Part shown: positions 7,623-15,313 of the stretch, one piece after another
Layout of the letters: every line of letters begins with the position of its first letter
Numbering within the stretch: position 1 is the first letter of the stretch
Assembly (NCBI GenBank): GCA_016930515.1
Contig: JAFGGO010000008.1
Span: forward strand, 1-20,541
Direction: 5' to 3'
Origin: Promethearchaeota archaeon
GTDB taxonomy: Archaea > Asgardarchaeota > Lokiarchaeia > Sigyniarchaeales > SOKP01
Length of the DNA: 20,541 bases
Program-made: the position numbers and the translations under genes
Notes under the pieces: generated by a model
What the model was told of the DNA's origin: nothing
Seen by the model: only the letters and a program-made list of their open reading frames with translations
Database searches by the model: none

Positions 7623-9305
7623 CTAAGGCATCATGTCCGAAGGGGGCGTCTTGAGACAGAATCCACACTTTCCAAAAGAAATGATCGTTTGGTTCCAACA
7701 ATGCTCGTGATACGAGCGTTCGCAATAGGGACATTGAATGTGGCAAGATTTGTCCCCGGCGATCTGATTTGAACACGATGGACACTCTATTTTATGGCAA
7801 ATAACACACGATACTACTGAAACTTCGAAAATATTGTTTGATATTGCGTCAAAAAGGTCGACAAGGTAGGTAAACGGCGTCCACTTGTCGAAGAACCGTT
7901 TAAAGGAGGATTGCAGGTTGTTTTTTATTTTATCGCGAGACTCGATTTCGAAATCGTTTAAGACCTTGATTTCGGGCAGTTTCAAGGGGTATTCTCTCGG
8001 CAGAAAAATCTCGAATTGAAATACGATATCCTCGGACTGCATCTTGCCTTTCATGTCAATTCTCAGGCTCGATGTGGCGTGGTCGTATTGCAGGTCCTTG
8101 TAGTGATCCCTTAACAAAACAATTTCAAAATTAATACGGGAATTCTTGTCTACTAACCACGAGATTTCTCGAACGATCTCTACAGGTTCAGTTTCTCCAT
8201 CTCTCCAGTTCTTATAAGCATTGAGGTTTTTCACGGGTATTTGGATGATGTCCTGCAATTCTCCAGTTAAATTTATAATAGGAGGTTTTGGATATGGGCT
8301 TAAATCGATTTCCATAAAATAATTCTTGAAACCGTAAGTTAATAAGTGAACCTTGAGCCGAGCAACGCTCTCTGGAACGATATCGCATTTATATTCGCCC
8401 GTGATTTTCTTTGCTTCTTGTTCGATATCCTGAACAAAAAACAATCTCGCTTCGAGGTCGTGCAGGGCGTCAACAATATGGGGGGGATTATTTTCGTTCC
8501 AAGTGTTTATAGTTTTTAATTCTTGATCAGGGATTCCTAATATGGACTTTAAACCTTCTGGGAGCAATATAGTTGGTTTTTGAGGATAATTTGAGAAATC
8601 TACACCGATAATAAAAGTTTTAGTGATAGTTATTGTAATGTAAATATTGATATCCGCCCTGTTTTTCCCTCTTTGATCAAACGCGTAAGCCTGTTGGATC
8701 AAGCCAAGTTCCGTTTCAATGGCTAAATCAGGTTCCTGATTGTCCGAAAGATCCTGCTCTCTTGTTAGACTTTCTGAAATTGTTTTTGATGGTTCATTTG
8801 TATCCGACCTATCAACCTCAGAGTAATTAAGAATGTCGTAATCTCTATGAACATTTGAAGGAGTAATATAATCACCTTCATGTACATCAGAGGGGTACGC
8901 ATTCAAATCAGGAGTTATGTAATCTTCGGTTTCCTGAGAACCAACAATAATATTAGAATTATTTTTATAATCTTCAATAATTTCCTCTACGACTATAGAG
9001 CCTTGGATTGAATCATAAATTTTTCCTTTAAGCTCGTCCATTATATCTACGACACTTGAACTTGGGTTCCATTCATCTAAGCGTTCTAATCGAAAATCTC
9101 CAAGTAACTCCTTTATCTGATCGTGAAAAATAAAGCGGGGTGGTGATTCAGGGAAGTCTTCGTCAAATTTCACTTCTAACTCGAACTTTACATCGGGGGT
9201 TTCTTGCACGAAGCCAAACAAGTGAGCGATGTTGCCAGATACCATCCAAAACGAATATTTAGCAGCAATTTTCTGAGCTTCTTTCAGGATTCTTTGGTGG
9301 TCCAT
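7623..9305 (-). CDS. Tandem UBC-like/RWD (inactive E2-fold) repeats plus C-terminal C4HC3 RING finger; putative FANCL/listerin-like E3 ubiquitin ligase
   Basis: Four ~95-aa units, each with a (F/Y)PxxP(P)-type turn (FPESPP, YPQKP, YPKPP, YPLKLP) followed by Trp and a helix (EWNPSSSVVDIMDEL, TWNENNPPHIVDALHDL, NWRDGETEPVEIVREI, KWTPFTYLVDLFDAI). C-terminal CVIC...CPYC-x4-H-x2-C...CGFC. Confidence 0.75.
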   Translation of the reverse strand: MDHQRILKEAQKIAAKYSFWMVSGNIAHLFGFVQETPDVKFELEVKFDEDFPESPPRFIFHDQIKELLGDFRLERLDEWNPSSSVVDIMDELKGKIYDSIQGSIVVEEIIEDYKNNSNIIVGSQETEDYITPDLNAYPSDVHEGDYITPSNVHRDYDILNYSEVDRSDTNEPSKTISESLTREQDLSDNQEPDLAIETELGLIQQAYAFDQRGKNRADINIYITITITKTFIIGVDFSNYPQKPTILLPEGLKSILGIPDQELKTINTWNENNPPHIVDALHDLEARLFFVQDIEQEAKKITGEYKCDIVPESVARLKVHLLTYGFKNYFMEIDLSPYPKPPIINLTGELQDIIQIPVKNLNAYKNWRDGETEPVEIVREISWLVDKNSRINFEIVLLRDHYKDLQYDHATSSLRIDMKGKMQSEDIVFQFEIFLPREYPLKLPEIKVLNDFEIESRDKIKNNLQSSFKRFFDKWTPFTYLVDLFDAISNNIFEVSVVSCVICHKIECPSCSNQIAGDKSCHIQCPYCERSYHEHCWNQTIISFGKCGFCLKTPPSDMMP

Positions 9306-9530
9306 GCGGTTTCTAACCTTTTTCCGTAATTACTATTAATAGAAATAAAATCACTTTTTAAATATAACTCTATTTTTTTGATTTTATTAGTTCTTAAACG
9401 AACTTTTCTAAAGTATTTTATAATATAAAACAATTTAGCTTATAAGATGTATTAAGTTTATAATTTACTCAAAAATTTTATCTTAAATAACTTAAATTAT
9501 TTTTGAAATAAAAGAAATATTATTTGAAAA

Positions 9531-10886
9531 TCACGAGGCTCTATTCCCTTCACCTACTTTTCTATAATAAAAACCAAGTTTTTCCAATGAATTTCTATTA
9601 AAAATATTTCGTCCATCAATTAGAATTGGTGTTCGAACCTTGATTTTAATATGATTTAAATCAAGTTCATAATAATCTCTATGGTTCGTGGCAAAGATTA
9701 GAACATCTGCCCCTGTGAGGGCTTTGTCGATATTTTGGGTTAAATCCGTCTCATGATAATCTTTTTTCTTAACATAGGGATCGTGTGCGATATATTCAAT
9801 ATTATGAGAGTGATAGCGTTCTTTTAAAATCGAGACTATTTTTTCCGAGGGCGAGTTCCGAGTATCGTCTGTATTTGCCTTGTAAGATACTCCAAATAAT
9901 GCAATTTTCAGATTATCGTGTTTATCCGCCTCTTCTAGAGCAGACTCCATTAATTCGACGATATGTTCTGGCATATAGTCGTTTAGTCTCCTTGATTCAG
10001 GAAGAATTTTTGGGGTATAATAGTGTGGTGTATATGTTTCTAATCCATACATTAATAACCACGGATCTTTTGTAAGACAATGACCACCTACTCCCGAACC
10101 TGGCATGTGCATTAATCGATCGTGTCGATGATTAATGAGTTCTATGATTTCAAAAATATTTCTATTATAACTTTCCGCAACCAAAGCCATTTCGTTAGCA
10201 AAAGCAATATTTACATCTCTATAGGTGTTTTCAATGCATTTTGTCAATTCTGCTGTAAGAGTGTCGGTAATTTGGAGTTCTTTTTTAACAACTTTTCCAT
10301 ATAGGAATTTGGCCTTTTCATTAGCTTCCGAACATCCTCCCCCTATAACTCGTGGAAAGTCCGTAATGTATTCAATTAATTTTCCAGGCATTACCCTTTC
10401 GAACGAAAAAACCAAGAAAAAATCTTTTCCTCTTTTTAAGCCGCTTCCTTTTTCTAAGATTGGTGCAACAATATTGTTTGTTGTTCCCGGAGCTACTGTA
10501 GATTCTATAATAATAGTAACTTCTTTTTTTAAATATCTTGATATTTTATTTGAAACATCAATAAGAGATTCATATCTTGGAATTTTATGGTCATCTACGG
10601 GTGTTTGGACATCAATTAAAATATAATCTGCCTCTTTAATGATGTCGTATTTGTTTGTAACATTAAACTTTCCGTTTTTTACTACTCTTTCTATTAATTC
10701 ATCTAATCCAGGTTCTTCTCCTTCAAAAGGACTTTTACCTGAATTCAAGCAATCAATCTTCCATCCCGATCTTTTTGACATTCTCTGAATGCCAGTAACA
10801 TAAAAATCCGGAACATTTGCTAATAATGCGGCCATTGGAATTCCGACATAACCCATTCCAATAACTACTACTCTAGTTTTTGTCAT
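9531..10886 (-). CDS. UDP-N-acetylhexosamine (ManNAc/GlcNAc) 6-dehydrogenase, UDP-glucose/GDP-mannose dehydrogenase family
   Basis: GMGYVG, VQTP, ESTVAPGTT, ERVMPG, AELTKCIENTYRDVNIAFANE, catalytic GVGGHCLTKDP, GVSYKANTDDTRNSP, IDGRN; WecC/WbpA-like. Confidence 0.9.
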   Translation of the reverse strand: MTKTRVVVIGMGYVGIPMAALLANVPDFYVTGIQRMSKRSGWKIDCLNSGKSPFEGEEPGLDELIERVVKNGKFNVTNKYDIIKEADYILIDVQTPVDDHKIPRYESLIDVSNKISRYLKKEVTIIIESTVAPGTTNNIVAPILEKGSGLKRGKDFFLVFSFERVMPGKLIEYITDFPRVIGGGCSEANEKAKFLYGKVVKKELQITDTLTAELTKCIENTYRDVNIAFANEMALVAESYNRNIFEIIELINHRHDRLMHMPGSGVGGHCLTKDPWLLMYGLETYTPHYYTPKILPESRRLNDYMPEHIVELMESALEEADKHDNLKIALFGVSYKANTDDTRNSPSEKIVSILKERYHSHNIEYIAHDPYVKKKDYHETDLTQNIDKALTGADVLIFATNHRDYYELDLNHIKIKVRTPILIDGRNIFNRNSLEKLGFYYRKVGEGNRAS

Positions 10887-11047
10887 TTCATTTATTTAAA
10901 TATATAATTTTATTTCAAAGGGTACCTCTTTAATAGATTTAAAAGAAGTGAACAAATATCCAAATGAATACTCTAATAAAAACTATGATGAGACAAAATT
11001 TTTCTTAATAATAGAAAATTAAATGATCAATATTTAACAATATTTGC

Positions 11048-11731
11048 TTATTGTTTTTGGTTTTTTTTCATTAAAGATTTAGTGAATAATATATCTAATT
11101 CTTGGTCAATATCAACACTCCTTTCTTTTGGCATTATATAAGGAAGTGTTTTAGGACAATAAAAAGTATTATATTTTTTCAAAATATCTAATTTAGCAAT
11201 ATAAATCGCACCGTTAGGTATAAATGTCTTCTCATAATCTTGTCTTCGAGAAGTCTTCCTATCAAACAAGAATTTCAAATAATTTTGTTCTAATATCAAT
11301 GTCCAATAAGGAGGGTGTTCCGATTCTTTTACACTCACAATTGAATCACATTCGGAATTCAAAAATAGGTTTATGCTTTGCTCTATATCTAAAACAGTTC
11401 TAAGGGGGCTGGTTGGTTGTAAAAGCAATATTATTGTTGAATCTTCCTTTAGACCTTCTATTTGCCCAATAACATTAAAAATAGCATCAATAGTCGAACT
11501 TTCGTCACTTGATAATTCTGGGGGTCTATCAAAGACTTCTGCACCATATTTTTTTGAAATTGCGGCAATTTCTTTATCATCAGTTGAAACTATAATTCTA
11601 TTAATTTTCTTACATTTTAAAGCCTCAATAATAGTATAAGCAATTAAAGGAATTCCATTTATCATTCTGATATTCTTTTTTTTAATTCCTTTAGAACCAC
11701 CGCGAGCTGGAATGATACAAATTATTTTCAT
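11048..11731 (-). CDS. neuA: Acylneuraminate (CMP-nonulosonic acid) cytidylyltransferase
   Basis: IIPARGGSKGIKKKNI, IVSTDD, RPPELSSD, LLQPTSPLR, RRQD, NGAIY, SVDIDQELD. Confidence 0.92.
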   Translation of the reverse strand: MKIICIIPARGGSKGIKKKNIRMINGIPLIAYTIIEALKCKKINRIIVSTDDKEIAAISKKYGAEVFDRPPELSSDESSTIDAIFNVIGQIEGLKEDSTIILLLQPTSPLRTVLDIEQSINLFLNSECDSIVSVKESEHPPYWTLILEQNYLKFLFDRKTSRRQDYEKTFIPNGAIYIAKLDILKKYNTFYCPKTLPYIMPKERSVDIDQELDILFTKSLMKKNQKQ

Positions 11732-11745
11732 ATCTCTCGTTTTTT

Positions 11746-12885
11746 TTATTCTTTAAAAAATTCTAAGATCTTGTCTACAATAAATTTCTGTTCATTTTCT
11801 GTGAAATTAGGAGAAAAAGGGAGTGTTAACAACTTTTTGGAAATGCGTTCTGTTTTTGGAAGATCATTGTTTTTATAATTATATTTATTTCTGTAAAATT
11901 TTTTTAAATGAATTGGATGGAAGTAAACTTTTGTATATATATTATTTTCAATTAAAAATTGTTGTAATTCGTCCCGCCTTGTTGGTTCATTTAAAAAAAT
12001 GCTATATAATTGGTATACACAATACATATCCTGTAATTCCGGAATAATCATTACATTTTTCACATTTTTTAGAATATGGTCATAATATTTGCCTTTAGCC
12101 CTTCTTAATTCAATCAATTTATCAATCTTTTCCAATTGAGAAAGTCCTAATGCAGCACAAATTGTAGGCATTCTAAAATTATAGCCGATTTCAATATACT
12201 CCATTTCTTTTGTGGTTGTAAAATAATTCTCACCAGGTTGTTCTACTCTTCCATGGGATCTTATTAAAAGGAGTTTTTCGTTGATTCGCTTATCATTAGT
12301 GCAAACTGCACCACCTTCTCCTGTTGGTATAATCTTATTTTGGCAGAAACTTAAAATACTCGAATGTCCAAAAGTTCCTGCAAATTTATTTTTATATTTC
12401 GCTCCAAAACTCTCTGCGTTATCTTCAATGAGAATTAGATCATGATCATCAGCAATCTCCCTTAGCTCATTAATGTTTTTACATACTTTTCCTCCATAAT
12501 GCATTGGAATTATTGCTTTTGTTTTGTTTGTTATTTTTTCTTTTATGTCCTCAAGATCTAATCCCAAAGTATCTTCTTCGATTTCTGCAAAAACAGGTCT
12601 TGCTCCTGCCAAGATGGCGCAATTTGCTGTTGATATAAAAGACATTGAGGGAACTATTACTTCTCCATTAATAATGTCATGTGCTAATAAAGAAGCGTGC
12701 AATGCAGATGTACCTGAATTAAATGTAACAATATGCTCTATATCAAAATATTTTTCTAATCTTGTTTCAAATTCTCTTATTTCAGGGCCGACTGCCCAAT
12801 AAGATCCTCGTCGTATTACATCAGATACCTTCTGAACATCTTTTTCGTCCCAATATATATCAAATAATGGAAATGTTGTTCTCAT
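11746..12885 (-). CDS. DegT/DnrJ/EryC1/StrS-family PLP-dependent sugar aminotransferase
   Basis: NSGTSALH, EVIVPSMSFISTAN, IEDNAESFGA, SFCQNKIIPTGEGG (PLP lysine), GYNFRM. Confidence 0.93.
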   Translation of the reverse strand: MRTTFPLFDIYWDEKDVQKVSDVIRRGSYWAVGPEIREFETRLEKYFDIEHIVTFNSGTSALHASLLAHDIINGEVIVPSMSFISTANCAILAGARPVFAEIEEDTLGLDLEDIKEKITNKTKAIIPMHYGGKVCKNINELREIADDHDLILIEDNAESFGAKYKNKFAGTFGHSSILSFCQNKIIPTGEGGAVCTNDKRINEKLLLIRSHGRVEQPGENYFTTTKEMEYIEIGYNFRMPTICAALGLSQLEKIDKLIELRRAKGKYYDHILKNVKNVMIIPELQDMYCVYQLYSIFLNEPTRRDELQQFLIENNIYTKVYFHPIHLKKFYRNKYNYKNNDLPKTERISKKLLTLPFSPNFTENEQKFIVDKILEFFKE

Positions 12886-12892
12886 TATAGCA

Positions 12893-13948
12893 TCATATTA
12901 GATTGTTTTTATTTAATACATTCCTGATTTCTTCTTTTGAGATAGTAGGAAGGTGTTTAGTGTTATATAAGAATTCGTTTTTATCAACAATTTTGCTTCC
13001 GTTGATATCTATTTTGTTACGAGTAATATCATGGGTTAAAAATGTATGGGGATAAATAATATACATATCATCTGTTTCATAACAACTTGAAAATTCTATA
13101 GGAGAAATCAATTCCTCATCTAATTTTTCTTTTATACGTGGTCCAATAGTTATGATTGTTAAAGTTGAGGGATCTTTTCCTATTTTAGGACAATATTCTT
13201 CGATAATGACCTCGATTAAATCCTTAATTAATATTACTGGCATCTTTAGAACGAAAATCTCTCCACCTTTAGATAATGTTGCTGATTTTAATACTAACCC
13301 TATCGCATCCGAAATAGATAAGAAAAATCTTTTCATCTTTTCATCCGTGAGAGTTACATAATCTTCATTTTTAATTTGATCCTTGATTAAAGGAATAATT
13401 GATCCTCTAGATCCAAGTACATTACCAAACCGGACGCAGGATATAGTCGTATTATGTGTACCCTTGGTCATCTCACGTGATAAACATAACCTTTCCCCAA
13501 TCATTTTTGTGGCACCCATAACCGTTGTAGGGTTAATGGCTTTATCCGTGGAAATATGAACCATCTTTTTAACATTGTTGTAATAAGCTGCATCAATAAC
13601 ATTCGAGAGTCCAAAGATATTTACACTACTGGCCTCCATTGGATTATACTCACTAATAGGGACATGCTTAATGGCGGCGGCGTTAAAAATATAGTCAACA
13701 TTCTCGCTTGCGATCCTAATTCTTTCTAAGTTCCGGATATCTCCTAATAAAAACCTTAGTTGACTTAAATGATCTTTAAAGCGTAATCTTGTTTCCCATA
13801 GTTCGTTTTCGCTATTAGATAGTATTCTTATTGTTTTTGGTTCAAATTTTAGGAGTTGTTCTACTATTTCAGAACCAATTGTCCCTGTTCCACCTGTTAC
13901 TAATATGATTTTGTCTTTATAATGATCTTTTAAATTCAAAATTTCCAC
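12893..13948 (-). CDS. Soluble UDP-N-acetylglucosamine 4,6-dehydratase (polysaccharide biosynthesis CapD/PglF/PseB family), GTG start
   Basis: TGGTGTIG, AAAIKHVPISEYNPME, STDKAINPTTVMGATK, VRFGNVLGSRGSIIP, GGEIFVLKM, EKLDEEL. Confidence 0.9.
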   Translation of the reverse strand: MEILNLKDHYKDKIILVTGGTGTIGSEIVEQLLKFEPKTIRILSNSENELWETRLRFKDHLSQLRFLLGDIRNLERIRIASENVDYIFNAAAIKHVPISEYNPMEASSVNIFGLSNVIDAAYYNNVKKMVHISTDKAINPTTVMGATKMIGERLCLSREMTKGTHNTTISCVRFGNVLGSRGSIIPLIKDQIKNEDYVTLTDEKMKRFFLSISDAIGLVLKSATLSKGGEIFVLKMPVILIKDLIEVIIEEYCPKIGKDPSTLTIITIGPRIKEKLDEELISPIEFSSCYETDDMYIIYPHTFLTHDITRNKIDINGSKIVDKNEFLYNTKHLPTISKEEIRNVLNKNNLI

Positions 13949-14098
13949 TTTGTAAATATTGTATTAATTTAAAATTAATTTGTAGAAATACTATAATATA
14001 GAAAAAATTATTTGATTTGAAATCAAAAAGAATAAAAAAGAATTTGTAAAATGAAATATTGTTTTCATATTAAAATATTATAGGATGATAGGATTAAT

Positions 14099-14470
14099 AT
14101 GAGTGAAAGATTCAAAGATTGGAAACCCCCAAAATTTACAAAAAAAAATCATAATAGAAGTAAATCAGAATATGGATGGCATGTTTGGTATTTGGAAAAT
14201 TTAAAATTAGGAAAAAACACGGATATAGGATTTGGAACAAAAATATTTGCCCATTATGGTGTAACTATTGGTGATAATGTACAAATGGGTGCTGATTGTT
14301 TAATTTACAGCTACGATACTGAAAGAAATCTTAAAGGACCGATAATTATTGAGGAAAATGTTTTAATTGGTGCTAAATCAGTTGTACTACCACGAAAAGA
14401 TGGTAAACCTTTAATAATTCAAAAGAACAAAAAAATACCCATAGGAAGCGTTATTACAGATAATTTTTGA
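14099..14470 (+). CDS. Short left-handed beta-helix (hexapeptide repeat) acyltransferase
   Basis: Hexapeptide repeats LKLGKNTDIG, VTIGDNVQMG, IIIEENVLIGAKSVVLP, IPIGSVIT; divergent from the dehydratase/aminotransferase genes. Confidence 0.8.
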   Translation: MSERFKDWKPPKFTKKNHNRSKSEYGWHVWYLENLKLGKNTDIGFGTKIFAHYGVTIGDNVQMGADCLIYSYDTERNLKGPIIIEENVLIGAKSVVLPRKDGKPLIIQKNKKIPIGSVITDNF

Positions 14471-14508
14471 ATATTATCATATTAAAATTATAAATAATTG
14501 AATAGTGT

Positions 14509-14513
14509 AGGAG
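14509..14513 (+). promoter_or_regulatory. Shine-Dalgarno-like AGGAG upstream of the 14521 start
   Basis: GTAGGAGAATTTCAATG, with AGGAG ending 7 nt before the ATG; same AGGAGAAT context as at 2144. Confidence 0.5.
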
Positions 14514-14520
14514 AATTTCA

Positions 14521-15168
14521 ATGAAAGTTTTAGTGATTGCTGCACATCCCGATGACGAGGTTCTTGGTGTTGGAGGGACAATCTGTAAACATGTTGAAAA
14601 TATGGATGAGGTTTATATTTGTATAGTTACAAAAGCGTACGAACCCGAATGGTCAAATGAATACATTAAGCAAAAACTTACAGAACAGAAGCAAGTAGAT
14701 CAATTACTTCATGTTAAAAAAAGATATAATCTTGATTTTCCTACAATAAAACTTAACACAATTCCACATGGTATGCTCAATAATGCCTTAAAAAAAGTAA
14801 TTGAAGAAGTAGAGCCTGATATCATATATACACATTTTGAAGATGATTTGAATCAAGATCATAGAATAATATTTCATTCTACAATGGTAGTAGCAAGACC
14901 TCCAAGAAGAATCAAGGTTTTGAGTTATGAAATCCTTTCATCTACTGAACTTTCCAATAGTGGTTTTAATCCAAATTATTATATTGATATTAAAAAATAT
15001 CTTAGTTTAAAAATCGAAGCTTTCAGAATATATTCTTCAGAAGTAAAAAAATTGCCACATTCAAGAAGTTTAGAAGGTGTAGAATTACTTTCAAAATATA
15101 GAGGAATTCAAGTTTCTTTAGAGTGTGCTGAGGCCTTTATCATAAAGAAGGATTATTGGATATTATAA
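14521..15168 (+). CDS. PIG-L/LmbE-family zinc-dependent N-deacetylase
   Basis: AAHPDDEVLGVGGT, PDIIYTH, DLNQDH, YSSEV, AEAF. Confidence 0.9.
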   Translation: MKVLVIAAHPDDEVLGVGGTICKHVENMDEVYICIVTKAYEPEWSNEYIKQKLTEQKQVDQLLHVKKRYNLDFPTIKLNTIPHGMLNNALKKVIEEVEPDIIYTHFEDDLNQDHRIIFHSTMVVARPPRRIKVLSYEILSSTELSNSGFNPNYYIDIKKYLSLKIEAFRIYSSEVKKLPHSRSLEGVELLSKYRGIQVSLECAEAFIIKKDYWIL

Positions 15169-15253
15169 AAGTAATATTATTTGGATCATAATCAATTTAG
15201 AATTTTTAAAAAATACTTTTTTATTAATTAACAATAATCAATAAAATTCTTTT

Positions 15254-15287
15254 TATGAGTTAAATTATTAACTCATATTAAATGAGT
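15254..15287. repeat. Perfect 10-bp inverted repeat plus a third half-site upstream of the SDR-cupin gene; candidate operator
   Basis: TATGAGTTAA (15254-15263) - ATTA - TTAACTCATA (15268-15277), followed by another ATGAGT at 15282-15287. Confidence 0.6.
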
Positions 15288-15313
15288 AATTAAATTATAA
15301 AATTGAATTAAAT

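Noticed and set aside
7827-9305. Interpretation as an active E2 ubiquitin-conjugating enzyme
   Set aside because: There is no HPN motif and no Cys at the catalytic position in any repeat; the only Cys outside the RING (C307) is near the start of repeat 3.
14051-14068. ATGAAA-n6-TTTCAT palindrome in the divergent promoter region
   Set aside because: Only 6-bp AT-rich arms; likely by chance at this composition.
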